Positions 23,162 through 36,200 of a DNA stretch of 64,000 nucleotides are shown one piece after another. Both the position numbers and the translations under genes were made by a program. Under the pieces are notes generated by a model. The model was not told the origin of the DNA, did no database searches, and worked only from the letters and a program-made list of their open reading frames with translations. The first letter of the stretch is position 1, and the number at the start of each line of letters is the position of its first letter. Source of the DNA: Cyanophora paradoxa CCMP329 (lineage: Eukaryota > Plantae > Glaucophyta); NCBI GenBank assembly GCA_004431415.1, contig QPMI01000610.1:1-64000 (forward strand), written 5' to 3'.

Positions 23162-25418
23162 TCAGTGGGAGGGGGCGAGCTCGGAGGCGGAGGGGGCGGC
23201 CTTGCGGGCAGCCGAGGTGCTCCCGCTGACGAGGATGGACTTGCGCGCCGTCTGGGCGGCCGCCTTGGACTGAACTGCGGTCCAATGCGCGTCGGCCGGC
23301 GCGCGGTCGGGGACGGCGCGGGGGCGGCGCGCACGCTTGTCGAGGTCGTTGAAGTAGCGGAGCCCCTCGCCGGGGCGGGCGCCCCCGACGGCCGCCGAGA
23401 GGCCCGTCTGCCGCTCCTCCTGCACCCGCGCCCGCCTCGGAAAAGGAAAGGAAAGGAGGGAGAAGGAAGGAGGAGGAGGGGAGCGGCGGGGCGCACGCCG
23501 GAGCGGGACTTGCGGAGGTACTCGCGCTGCATGGCGCGCAGGTTCTGAGCCGTGTTCTCCGCCCCCACCTTCGCGATCGCCAGCCGCACGTCCGCCACCT
23601 TCTCGTTCGCGACCGCTGCGCAAGCGCGCCGCTCGGGCGACGCTCGGGCGGGGGCGGGGGCGCGGGCCTCGCTGGCACCCTCGAGGAAGGGAAGGAGATC
23701 GATGAGCGCTGTGTCGTCGGCGCGCGTATCGTAGCTCGGCACCACGACCACGTTCTCCGGCACGTCCACCTGCACCGCCCCCGCCCCCGCCACCCGAGTC
23801 AGCGCCCCGCCGCCTCCTTCGCGCCATGCCGGGCCCTTCCCCCGCGCACCGCGTCTCGGCTGATGTCGATGAAGATGGTGCGCGCGGGGTCCCGGTTCAC
23901 CGCCTCGATCGTCTGGCGCGGGGAGACCTCAGGGGCCGGCCTCGGCGGCGGCCGCCAGGGGGGTTCGGGGGGGCCGCCACCTTCATGCCGAAGGGCTTCA
24001 AGAGGCAGGACTGCCTGTAGAGCCGATGCTCGATGATTTGGTGCGGGTCCAGGTGCTGCATCATGCTGTCCACGGACTGCGGGGGACGCGGGGGGCGGCG
24101 TCGGCGGGCGCGCGGGCGGCGGACGGGAGGAGGGGGGAGGGGGAGGGGGGGAGGAGGGGGGGGGGAGGCGCACGTTGAACTCGGAGGTCGAGTAGAGGAC
24201 GAGTTCGTAGCCCAGCGCCGCCGCCTGGTTGATGAAAGCCTCCACGCCGGGCCGCTTGTACGTCTGCCACCCGTATCGCCTCTGCGCGGCCTTGCGTCAG
24301 CGCCCTCTCGCGGTGCGCAGCAGAAGGTTTGATGGGCTAAGGATGGCCGGCGTCGGCTCGAGCGCCGCCGCCCTTGAATACCATCGACCGCGGCACCAGC
24401 TCTTGCGAGAGTGGGCGGGCGCGAGGCACGCACAACAGCGTCAAAGATCTGGAAGTGGTAGGGCACACTCACACTCCAAGTGACTGTCGTCAGTGTGCCG
24501 TCCATGTTGATGACGAGGGTCGGCCGCTCCGGCGGGGTCTGCTTGGGGAGCGCGTGTTCCCCGATGGAGGCCTTGTACTGCGTTTCAGCGCACGTTCATC
24601 GATCAGCAAACGCACTTCCATCGCGCGGTCGCTACGCACGATCCGCGAGTGTGCTTCTGCGCGGGCAGAAGGATCAGCACGGCGACGTGCGGAGCGAGGC
24701 GTGGACGCCGCACCCGAGCCGTCGTCCTCTACTCCCAACATCGATTTGACCTCCTGGTAGACCAGGTACGCTGACGGGTGCCCGAACCGTCATCAGGCGC
24801 TGCACGGCGGCTCTGCACGGACGTCGCGCACCTACACCTCCCGCTGCTAGAATCAAGATCGCGTAGGCTATCGGCTGCAGATGCATGTCAGCGGCGCGCG
24901 AGCGGGGATGTCCCGCGGACGCGACCTTCTCATAGCCGGGGACAGCCTTGATGTCCGCGTCGCCTGTGGGAGTTTCGGTCTTGAAGGAACCAGGAGGAGG
25001 CATGGTGTCACGGCTGAAGCCGAAACTTCCGCGGACACTCTCCCACGCCGACGCAAACGGCGCGAACGGGCCGCCCACCGTCGGCCCCGAGCTGCGCTCC
25101 TTTTTGAAGTGCGGCCTCTTGCCTGTCTTGAACTGGAAGCCCTCGCCTTCCTTCGTCTCTTCCCCGTACGGGTTCCGCGTCGACATCCGTCGCAGGCCTG
25201 CACGCAGGTCAAGGCGGGGTGGCATGAACACGAGACGCGTCCGCACCGGCTAGCGCAAACGCGCGGGGGTCTGCAGCGGACGACGCGCGGAGGCCAAGCG
25301 ACGGGACCCGCAGCACAGCCGGGGCGAGATGCGGCCCGGGGTGCACATGTCGGGCTAGCTGCGCTCCCGCGCGCGTCTTCGTCGCCACGGGATGGCCCCT
25401 GGCGAGCCGGAGCAACAT
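23162..25418 (-). CDS. TIM50: Mitochondrial inner-membrane translocase subunit Tim50 (FCP1/NIF-like domain)
   Basis: Presequence MLLRLARGHPVATKTRAGAQLAR; TM PIAYAILILAAGGVG; PTLVINMDGTLTTVTW, GWQTYKRPGVEAFI, YELVLYS, LDP, NRDPARTIFID, PENVVVVPSYD..DDTALIDLLPFLE and DVR. Confidence 0.85.
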
Positions 25419-25497
25419 CGCTCGGACTTGGGTACGTGCTGATTCGCAGCGCCGGGTACGCTGTTCAAATTTAGCAGAGCTTCTTGACTTAAAGCTT

Positions 25498-25553
25498 GCG
25501 CAGCAAGAGAAGAAAGTAGCAAAGTTCGCGCAGCAAGAGAAGAAAGTAGAAAG
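25498..25553. repeat. Tandem duplication (gcgcagcaagagaagaaagtag x2) in the divergent promoter between TIM50 and START copy 2
   Basis: Two copies about 30 bp apart, seen directly in the sequence. Confidence 0.75.
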
Positions 25554-25736
25554 TGGCGCTGCCGATCGGTTCAGTCCCCCGCTTGCGGCTAGGCGCAAGG
25601 CTCGCCGCAAGCTCCGCGGCGCAGGCACGTCAGCTGGCAGCCGCTAAGCTGCCTAAGCATAGGAAGCCGCTGTGTAGACAACGCTCTAGATCGATCGTGG
25701 CCAGGCGGATCTCCTATTTGCAACGGCGCGATAACA

Positions 25737-28481
25737 ATGCCCGCCAACAGCACTTACGATCGAGCACATGTAGACGAGGTGCGGGACGCGCTCTACTTCG
25801 TAGTCGCTCCGCCCTGACCCGCTCCGCTGAGCTAAACGTGCTGCGTACGCGCGCAGTTGTTCGACACAATCGCGCGCGATGTCGTGGCTGAAGGGCCGCC
25901 CTGGAAGGTTTCTCTCGAGGCAGCGGGCAACAACATCGCAGTCGAAACGCGGTGCGCCGCTGCTGCCAGATTCTCTCGTTCAGACGCGGCCGCCCTAGGC
26001 CTCTAGTTCACTGATCATGACAACCAACATGTGCACAGCGAGTGGCCAAGCTCGGTCGAGCCAATCACAGCGTATAGAGTTGGACAGCATTTGCCCGACG
26101 TTCCCATCTCGTTCGCGACGCGCGAAATCTGCTCGCGCTCTAGAGCAGAGGTTCGCGCGTCACTGTCAGCGGCGCCCGATCTACTACGTGCTTACGCGGG
26201 GCCAGCAGGAATTCAACAAGGAGCTCGTCGCAGCCGATGAAGCGGTCGCCCTGCTGGAGTATCCAGACCCGAGCGACCCCGACTCGCTCGGCGCCGTCCG
26301 AATTCGGCGTCACGTCATGTCCTACTTCGGTTCGCGTCCCCCCAGCTGCGCTCACAGGCCCGAAGCTCATCGCTTGTGGGGCGCGTCCACCAGGATGGCG
26401 CTTGGAGTGTCGCTTCCTCCACGCGAGCCGGCGGTGCGAATCGCCGGACTCTCCCCTCCCTCCCAGCCGCGCTGTCGCTGCTGTCGGGTCGTTTCTCTCT
26501 CTAACTTCCACTCATCCCAGGCTGCCCGACGGCTCGGCGTTGGCGATCATGGCCTTCGTTGTACGCGAGGGGGACTGCTGGTGCCCCTTTCCCTCCGCCG
26601 GGCCGCCGGCTCCGACGCCAATGACACCCGCCAGGACTACGCGCCACATGCTGCAGCATGCCAGGGCACTGTCTGCCTGGCACATCAGCAGCGCCGAGGG
26701 CGTCTCGGGGTGCAGGTGCACTGGCCTGCCCCCAGCTTCGCCACCATGACACGCACCCCTCGATCGCCCTCCTTCCCCTCCAGATACACTGCCTTCGCCC
26801 TTGCTCACCGAAGCCCGTCGTTCCTCGGGTTCCTGCCCCAATACAGTGAGCCACTATACTTCCCGCGCCCTGCGCCTGTCGCCCTCTCCTTCCCGCCTCT
26901 CGGTTTTTCCACCGCAGTGCGTGCGCTCATTCGCGAACCCTCCCCCACAGTTATCTCCCAGATAGTTTGCCGCAGCTGTGCGAAGTACGCGCTCACGGTA
27001 AGATTTTGATTAGATGGTATCGATTCTCGGCTTTCCATGATACGCGGCCTTGCCTTCACGCAGGTACGGAGGCTGGTCCTGGGGGAGTACGCTCGGCATT
27101 GCGGGAATGCGGGAGACTCGCGGCTCCGCGAGCGTCCCTCTCCAATCTTTGCATCTGGGTCGGCCTCTGCCCCGCGCTTTAGGGGCCTCAGCGTTGGGGC
27201 TCTCGCGGAGGAGCCGTCCTCGCCTTTCTCCCTGCACGCGTGGGCCCCGCCCTCGCCCTCCACCCCCTCCTCTCTCGCCTCGACGGACGGCCTCTCGGAT
27301 CCTTCGCCCGAGGTGCCCGGCCCGAAGGTCAACGAGATCTTCTACGACCTGCTGGGCCTCCCGGTAAGACAGCTGTCTATCGCCGTGCCGCCGCTAGTTT
27401 CTGGCACTGAAGCGCTTACAGCCTCCGAAGACGGAGCCTTATTCGCCACGGACAGAGGCAGGCACCGAGCTACCTGAAGCGCCTGTCCCGCCGCGCTCGT
27501 CCGACCGAACCCCGCCCGCAGGACTCGGCGCCTGAAGGGGCACCTCCTTCAGACGACATTCGACCGGAACTGGCGGAGGTGAAGGAGCCCGCGTTTCGCT
27601 CCAGGGTACGCGCGCCTCCCCACCGCCCTGCGCCGGCCGGCCTCACGTCGCGTGTCAGGCGGGCGAGGCGATGCGGGCGTCGCTCGACCTCGCGCTGCAA
27701 TTGGAGGCGATGTCTGTCACGGACGCGCCTCCGGCGCCGACGCGCGACGCGCCGCCGCCGCCTTTTATCGCCTCGGACTCGTCCAAGAAGGCGCGCTCCC
27801 GCCGCCGGTCCGATACGAGCCTTGCGGACGAGGGGGATCCCTCCGAAAGGTGGCCGCCGCTCCCTCATACTCGGCGGCTGCAGCGCCTTGATGAACGGCG
27901 CTTCTCGCAGGGCGGGGCCCCGCGGTCGGGGCGAGGCGGCGGAGGAGACGGCAGGCGTCGAGGCGCCCAGCGTACCACCCGAAGAGGTGAGCACGAACCC
28001 CCCGCCGGGAGCGCGACTCCGTCCCTGCCCCAGCGCATCTCTCGGACTCATCAACTCACGGGATGCCACGCAGGGGACGGCGAGATGTAGAGCGAGCGTG
28101 GCGACTGCGGGGGTGGATGCCCAGTCGGAGGGGGACGCGCGCACGCCTCCGCCGGCGCCTCCCCCGCCCATTCCAGGGCCCGCCGAGCCGGCCCTCTCCT
28201 CGGGGGCCTCGGGGGTATCCCGGGGGGGCAGGAAGAAGAGGCGGCCCCTGCCGCCGCCGCGCCCCCCGCAGCCCATCGCCCCCAGGCCCGCCGCCGCCGC
28301 GGCCGCAACCCGGGCGGTCCCAGAGCCATGCCGCACGTCGTACTCGGCGCCCTCCTGCGGATTACCGCCCGCCTACCGCTCTCGCCTCAGCCCTGGCCTC
28401 GCTTCCTCCGCTGCCCCCGCCCCTGCATTCACCCCTCCGGCCGCGGTCCCGTTTTCAGCATTCTTCGAGAGCGCCGTCTAG
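25737..28481 (+). CDS. START/SRPBCC-like domain protein, copy 2
   Basis: MPANSTYDRAHVDE...; high nucleotide identity to copy 1 up to about 27860, followed by a divergent Pro-rich tail. Confidence 0.6.
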
Positions 28482-28753
28482 CTGGCAGCTAGCCGTGCAG
28501 CTGCTCTAGTATAGCTAGCAAGTTTGCGTTCGAATTTTATGTTTCGATGGCGCCGCGCCGCCTGTGACTGCGCCACGCGGCCCACGCGTACGACTCCGCG
28601 CGCGCGAGCCTGGAGCTCGGAGCGACCGATAGCAAATCCGCATCGATATCAGCGCCACGCGTGTACGTACGGCGGCTGCAATTGCAAGCTCAATTGCAAG
28701 CTTTACAGATCCACCAGCGTCGGTGAACCCATACCCCTCTAACAGTTCTCGAC

Positions 28754-29516
28754 ATGGCGTTCATCGCTCCCTGCCCGGCTATTGCGTCCTCCAGCGCGGT
28801 TGCGACTGCGTCAGCAGTGAGCATCTGCTCTGTCTCCAGGAAGCAGCGGGCGACGGTCGTGGCGAAGGAAACCACCTTCTTCGGCGGCCGGTCCTTCCAG
28901 GCGGCGTCCGCGCCTGTCTTCCAGGCGGCTCCGGCCTTCCGGTTCGGCCCCGTCTCTCAGTTCTCCGAGGTGTACGTTGAGGTGGCCAAGCCTCTCGGCG
29001 TCACTTTTGAGGAGGTCCGCCCACGCCCACGCGAATCGGGGGAGGGCTAGCCCCTGGAGATCTTCTGTTAAGATCCACGGAAGGGCGCTATGACCGCGAT
29101 CGTCACCCCTCGCGTCCCAGAGCTGAACTGCGCGCCGACAGGGCCCCGATGGTCGCGTCTACGTCGTGGACGTCGCGGAGGGCAGCAACGGCGCTGTGAG
29201 TTCCCTTTATGCATTCGATGTCGCTTATGGTCGTTCGAGACGGACCTGTTGGCAATCCGCTCATTCCGCACGTGCTGCACGCAGCGTGCCGGCATCATGA
29301 AGGGAGACCGCGTGAAGGCGACTTCGGCCGTCTTCGGTGATGAGATGTGGTCGGCGGAGAACGCGGGCTTCGATCAGGTCCTGTCCGCGATCAAGATCCG
29401 CGCGTACGACGTGCGTCCTCCATTGTTCGCCGATCGATCACTGCACCTCGTGCTAATATGTCTCTTCCTCTTTCTCGCAGGTCCGGCTCCTTCTTGAGCG
29501 CCGCTCGGCGATGTAA
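28754..29516 (+). CDS. Plastid-targeted stand-alone PDZ protein, MET1/ZKT-type PDZ
   Basis: Transit peptide MAFIAP...TTFFGG; VEVAKPLGVTFEE/GPDGRVYVVDVAEGSNGA/RAGIMKGDRVKATSAVFGDEMW...AIKIRAYD/VRLLLERRSAM*. Confidence 0.8.
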
Positions 29517-30202
29517 ATCTGTGGATTCCATCCAGCCTTCCCGTCTGCGCTCGGAGGACCTATCGTTCAGCGGTTGTAGCCCAGTCGGCCTCGGTGTTGC
29601 TCATTCTGAAGGGTCTGTGTCCGGCATTCTTGTGCCGCCGTCAGTTCTCGCTAGGCGCATCTCCGTTGGCCAGCGATTTTGCTTTTGTTGGTTTTTTTTG
29701 ATCTACAAGAGGTTCAGGTCTTCTTTGCGTTTCTTTCGGCTCTCTTCTACGACCGCGCTGTGGCGTGAGCGGGTGTCTCGAAGCCTTGGCCGTCTAGCCC
29801 GCCTGCGACCATGCATGGAGAACCTGATGTTGCACCACCTGGGTCCAGGGGCGGTGTGGTTGCCTCTTTCTAGGCCCAGGCCCTAGCTAGGGACGTTGTG
29901 CTTATCGCCTCAAAGGGAGTGTCGCCGAGGGGCGTTATATCGATCATATGCATGAGCTCGAGGGACAGCTGCATGCGCAGAGGCCGGCGCCCCGCCCACC
30001 CTAAATATATCACTGATCATGAGTCATGCATATGATCATCGGATCAGTTTCCCTTTACTTGCAATTCGCCTTGGATCAGCCGATCATCGATATATATCGA
30101 GGCTAGTTTTTCTGATCTCTAATCTCACTTATCAACTAGTACTGTCCTACACCTGCTTTCTACCCATCGATCGCAACTTCAAAGCGGCGCGAGCGGCTAG
30201 AT

Positions 30203-33142
30203 CTAGAGCTCGTCCTTCCCCTCGGGCCCTGGGCCCGAGGATGCGGGGGGCGGGACGATGAAAGTCTCCTGCATCGCCTCCAGCTCCTCCAGCGGGACGT
30301 CCTGGGGTACGGGATCAACGAACGGGGAAGGTTAGGAGGGGAGGGTACGGGGGCGCTGACCAGCTTGCGCCCGTCGGCGGTTTCGAGGCCGATGCCGCCG
30401 GGGCTGCCGCCGGCCCTGGCGCGCTCGCTCTCGGAAATCTCGTCCCTGCAGTGGGCGAGCCGCCGGGCGGCGCTTGGGTGAGGGGGGGCGGAGCGACGGG
30501 GGGGCTCGGGCCCGGGCTCGGGGGCTCGGGGGCGCACTGGGAGGGGAGCAGCAGGTCGGCGCTCCGCCAGAGCAGCAGCTTGAAGCCGACAGCCATCCGG
30601 TGCTGCGCCTGCCGCGTCGGCCGGCGCGGCGCCGCAGGCGTGGAGGGCGCGGCGCCGCGCGGAAAGCGGAGCGCATGCGCACCCCGCGCCGCTGGCCCTC
30701 GGGGATCTTCTTGTTGAGCCATCTCAGGTCGTCCTGGGCGGGAGCGCGCGTTGGAGGGAGGAGGTACGGAGAGAGACGGAAAGGGGGGGGGGGAGGAGGG
30801 GGGAAGGGAGGGGGGAGGAGAGAGGGCGGACCCAGAGGGTGGAGGGGAAGCGCTGGAGGATGTGCAGAATGGTTCTGTAGAGGAAGCCCGCGCCTTCTTC
30901 TCGTTCTCCGCGCTCACCGGCTGCGTGATCTGCCGCCCCGCTCGCCCCGCGCGGGGGCGAGAGGGGGGGAAGGAGGGAGCGGGGGGGGGGGGGGGGGTGG
31001 AGGGGGGGGAGGGGGGGGGTGTTGTTTGGCGGGGGCACGGCGCACCTTCTTCTTCCCCTCCTTCAGCTCGTCCGCCTCGTCCTTGGTCAGCACGAGCGAG
31101 CGGAAGTACGCCTGCGGGGGGTACGCGTTCGAGCGCTGGGGGAGGGGAGGGGCACGCGAGCGGGCAGCAAAGGGCGCACGAGGGCGGCGTTCTGCCGGTT
31201 CCAGAAGTCCATTCGGAAGGAGACGCGCCTGGGCGCCGGCGCCGGCGTCGGCCAGCGACGAGGGCGGCGGCCGGGGGCGGGTGCGGCGGGGGGTACGGGC
31301 GCACTCCTGCTCGTCGACGTCGGTGTCGCTAACCCCGAACTCGGTCTTCCCGTCGTCGAACTCGGGCTCGATGTCGTACGCCTTCAGCGCCTGCGGACGG
31401 GGGTACTCCAGTTCGGACGCCGCCGCTGGGGGAGGGAGGGAGGGAGGGGGGGGAGGGAGGGAAGGGGGGGGGGGGGGGGGGCGGGGCGCAGGGCGAGGGC
31501 GAGACGCGGGACGCACAGCTTCGGACCACTTCTTGATCCACTTGACGGCCGAGTTGTTGTACGGCAGCTTGAAGTCGATGTGGTCTTCCTGCGCGGCCGG
31601 CACGAGGTCGAGTCGGGGGATACGCCGCTCGTTGTTGGGGGGTAGAGCGCACGGAGACGTCGATGTTGAAGCCGTAGCGGAGGAAGAGCTTCCGCCCGTC
31701 GAAATCGCCGTAGCTGATGAAGAGCTGCGGGGAGCGGGGGGCGGGGGCGCTTGGCCGGGGCGGGGCGGGGCGGGCGGGGGCGGAGGGGGGCGGCGCCTGG
31801 TCCCCGGCGACAGCGTCGGCGCCGGCGCGCATGACCGCCCTCCCGCCCTTGATCGTCACCTCCCGCCCCTGCCGCCCGGCTCGCGGCGGGGCGGCAGAGG
31901 AGGGGCGGCGGGGGCGGGCGGGGCGCCTCGCGGGGGGAGTGGTTGGCGAAGTCGAGGAGGGGCACGATGCCGAGGCCGGGGAGGCGGCGCGAGGCGGCCA
32001 TCGCCGCCGCCCACTTCAGGCCCTCGTGCGTCACCGCCGACGCCGGCACCGCCTCCTGCAAGCGAGCTCGAGCGAGGTCCCCGCCGGCGAGGGGCTCCGC
32101 AGGGGCGCGGCGAGCCCGGCCCCGCGCACGTGCTTGGAGATGTGGTTGTAGACCTTCAGCAGCTCCTCCTTCGACTCCCTGTTGAGCACTGCCGCAGCGT
32201 GGGGGTACGCGGTTGGAGCGGGTGGGGGAGGAAGCCTAGGGGGGTAGGGGCGCACGGCGGACGTCGTCGCTCTGGTAGAACGCGAGGTCGCGCTCGGCGA
32301 TGTCCCAGGGGAGGAAGGTCTGCTTGGGGAGGACGGCGATCCAGGGCGCCCAGAACGAGCTCGCGTTCGCCCGCTCGATCAGCAGCCGCAGCGCCAGGCA
32401 CCACCTGCCCGCCCCCGCCCCCCGCCCCGCTCGGCGGCCGCGCCCGGCGGCCGCGCCCGGCGGGGCGCCGGCGGGGGGGCGGGCGGGGGGGGCGGGGGCG
32501 CGCCAGTCGGGGTCCCGGACGAGGGGCAGAGCCTCGCGGAGCGGGTCGCCCTTCTTGCAGGTGATCCACAGCTTGCCTGGCACCTCCAGCAGCTTCTCCG
32601 CCCTCCCCTGCCCCCCGCCCCCGACGGTCGGCACCGCGGCAGGCCAGCGTACGTGCTCGCGGGGGGCGGGCGGGCGCACCACGGAGCCGCGCCGCAGCTG
32701 GAGGCCACGGCCGTACCGACCGAGCTTCGTGACCCGCACGAGGCTGCTGTTCACGCCGTTCTCCCTGCCGCGCGCTGTCGGACACACGGGCCCGACAGCC
32801 CCGTGCGGTGGCCGCACCGCAGCCACGCGTAGAACGCGCGCATCTTCGACTTGTTCCTGTCGGATGCTGTGCCGCGTAAGCCACGTGCAACGATCCGCCG
32901 ACCTCAACGAAGCCCTTCCGTTTGCTCGCGCGCTGTGTCTACGTGTGCGCGTCTAGAGTACGCGGACGTTATCGTTCACCTTTGATGATCTCATCATCGT
33001 CGTCCGCGTCGTCGCTCGACCTCGATCTGCTCGATCGGCGTTACCACGGCGCGCGGACCCAGCGCTTCGGGTTCGCTCACCCTGCGTTTGCAATCGCCGC
33101 TAGAGCCAGAAGCGCCAGCAGCGCGAGCGCCTCTCGCCGCAT
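30203..33142 (-). CDS. SET-domain (Rubisco-LSMT/SETD3-like) methyltransferase with signal peptide and C-terminal KDEL
   Basis: MRREALALLALLALAAIANAG; KLGRYGRGL; LALRLLIERANASSFWAPWIAVLP; LKWAAAMAASRR; IVPLLDFANH; QLFISYG..KLFLRYGF; last exon ...PPPASSGPGPEGKDEL* (stop 30203-30205). Confidence 0.85.
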
Positions 33143-33207
33143 TTGCGTCAGCAGGGGGTGCGAGTGCCGGGTACGGGGAGTTAAGGTTTGAGTGCGTCGG
33201 CTCCGGA
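33143..33207. promoter_or_regulatory. Very short divergent intergenic/promoter region between the SET gene and CDC27
   Basis: Only 65 bp separate the predicted ATGs (33142 on minus, 33208 on plus). Confidence 0.5.
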
Positions 33208-36200
33208 ATGGCGGCCCCGGCGGGCACGGCCGGCCCGTGCGCGGCCCTGCTAGCAGCCGGGTCGCATGTGATAGACAGCGTCCTGCGGGAGACGATCAAC
33301 TACTCCGTGTCCAACAACCTCATCGCAAACGCCGTCTTCCTGGCGGAGCGGCTGCACGCGCAGAGCCCCACCGACGATTCAATGTTGATACTGGCCAACT
33401 GCTACTTGCGCAACCAACAGGTGTACCGCGCGTACCATCTCATCAAGGCGAAGTACCCGAACCCGACATCCTGCAACGCGCACATGCGCTACCTCTTCGC
33501 ACAGTGCTGCTTCGAGATGAGCAAGCTGCAGGAGGCGGAGTCCGTGCTCACGCCGCCGGTCTCTTCAAATGGCGAGGCGCTTGAGGAGGTCCCCAACGGG
33601 GCGGCCGGCCTGCACCTCCTCGGGCAGATCTGCCAGCGCGCGAGCCGGCGGACGCAGGCGATCGCGTACTACTCGCAGGCGCTGCGCGCCAACCCCTTCC
33701 TCTGGTCCGCGTACGAGGCGCTCTGCACCCTGGGCGCGGACCTCGACCCCGCGGACTTCTTCCCGCGGGCCGACGAGGCGCTCATCTCCTCCGCCGCCCC
33801 CGCCGCTCCCGTCTTCGCCGCTCCCCCGGCCCCCTCCACGCTCCCTGCCGCGGCCCCCGCCGCGGGCCCGGCGCTGGTCCCCGGGACGCCCGCCCGGACT
33901 CCGGCGCCGATGGACTACGAGCCGACGCCGGCCCCGCAGTACTTCTCCATCCCCCCCGTCCCGCTCTTCACCGCCGGCGCGGCGCCGCACACGCCGGCCA
34001 CGGGGCTGCACGAGCCGCACGCCCCGTCGCCGTCGCCAGCGACGGGCCTCCACATCCCGCCCGACGCGACGCCGGCCATCTCCCTCACGGAGCGCTTCGC
34101 CATGAGCGCCCACACGGGCCCCGGGGCCTCCCCTACGCCCTCCTCGTGCGTCACGCCGGCGGTGGAGGCGGCGCTCGGGACGCCGGCGCCGGTCGTGCCG
34201 CGGCGGCGCGGGGCGGCGCGCGAGGACGCCGACGACGAGGGCGTCACGACGGCGAAGAAGGAGAAGCCGCGGCGCTACGGCGGGCACCGCCTCTCCTTCG
34301 GCGCCGGCCTCCTCGGCGCAGCCGCCGGCGAGGGCAACCCCGCCGCCTCGACGCGCCGCAGCACGCGCCTCTCCACCGCCTCCACCGCCGCCGCCTCCAC
34401 CGCGAAGCCGCCCAAGTCCCGCCCCGCGCGCGTCTCCGTCGGGAGCCCCCTCCTCGACGCCCCGGAGTCTGCCTACGCGCCGGCGCGCGCTGCCTCCTCC
34501 TCCGCGGCCACCCCCGGACCCTTCTCCTCCGTCCCCTTCGCCCTCCCGTCCGCCTCCTCCGCCCCCGCCGCCCCCGCCTCCTCCTCCTCGGGCCCCTCGG
34601 CGGCGGCGCCCTTGTACGGGCTGGCGGCGCCGGGCAGCAGCCAGATGCCGCTGCTGGTGCAGGCGGCGCAGCGGCCGGAGGCGGCGGGGCCCGAGCTGCG
34701 GGGCGGGGTGCACGCCGTGCTCCACCTGCTGCGCCTCCTCGGGTCCCCGCTCCGCGCCCTCGCGCTCTTCCGCTGCGAGGAGGCCCTCGCCGCCTTCCAG
34801 CGGCTGCCCCCGCGCCACCTCGCCACCGGCTGGGCCCTCGCCCTCGTCGGCCGCACCCACTTCGAGATGGCCCGCCCCCCTCCCTTTCCTTTCCTTCCCT
34901 TTCCTTTCCTTTCCCTTCCTTTCCTTTCCCTTCCTTTTGCGAGCGGGGCGCAGGTGAACTACGCGGAGGCGGAGCGACACTTCGAGTGGGCGCGGCAGGT
35001 GGACCCGCACCGCGTCGCCGGCATGGAGACCTACTCCACCATCCTGTGGCACGAGAAGAAGGCCCGCCGCGGCCCGCGCGCCGCGCTGCCGGAGCGGCTG
35101 CGGAGGGGCTCTCGCGCCCCCGCTGAGCCCTCCTCCGGCGCAGGAGGTCCAGCTGGCGTACCTCGCCCAGCAGCTCGTGGCCCTGGACAAGCACGCGCCG
35201 CAGGCCCGCCTGGGCCCCCGCCCCCCGCCTCTCCCCGTCCGACCCGCCCGCAGAGCTGGTGCGTGCTCGGGAACTGCTTCAGCCTGCAGCGGGAGCACGA
35301 GACCGCTCTCAAGTTCTTCCAGCGCGCCATCCAGGTGCCCCGCCGCGCTCGCGCCCCCGGGCCGGTGGCGGGGCGAGCGGGGGCGGGCGGGGCACAGGTG
35401 GACCCGCAGTTCACGTACGCGTACACGCTGGCGGGCCACGAGTACGTCGCCAACGAGGACTTCGACCGCGCCCTGCAGGTCCGGCGGGTACCGCGTCGAA
35501 ACCCTCGGGGTACACGCCTCACGGACCGCCGCAGTGCTACCGCAACGCGATCCGCACCGACGACCGCCACTACAACGCCTGGTACGGCCTCGGCAACATC
35601 TACTTCCGGTACCCCCGGCCCCATTCTTCCCCTCCCCTTCTCCAAGATCCGAGCGTACCCTGCAGGCAGGAGAAGTACGAGCTGGCGGAGTACCATTTCC
35701 GGCGGGCCATCGCCATCCACCCGCGCTCCTCCGTCCTCTACTCCTACCTCGGCATGGTACCCCCCGCCCGCCCGCCCGCCCCGCGGCCCAGCCCCGCGCC
35801 CTCCCGGGCAGCCTCCCGAGCGAGGGGCGCCGCCCCGCCGCAGGTGCAGCACTCGAACCGCAAGCACGAGGAGGCGATCGCGAGCCTCGACCGCGCCATC
35901 GAGATCGACCCCAAGAACCCGGTTCGAATCCCCCGGGGGCCCTTTCTCTTATCCTCCTCGCGCCTTGCGATCAGTCCCCCAGCTCGCGCGCTTCCGCAAG
36001 GCGAGTGTGCTCGTCTCCATGAACGCGAACGAAGGTCCGCAGTCCCCTTTTCACCCGTACCCCACCCCTCCGAACCCGTACCCCCGCCAGAGGCGATCCT
36101 GGAGCTGGAGGTGCTGAAGGACGTCGCGCCCCGCGGTGCGCCAGCCCGCCCGCACGCGTACCCCCTCCCGAGCTGAGCTGGGCACCGCAGAGGCGACGGT

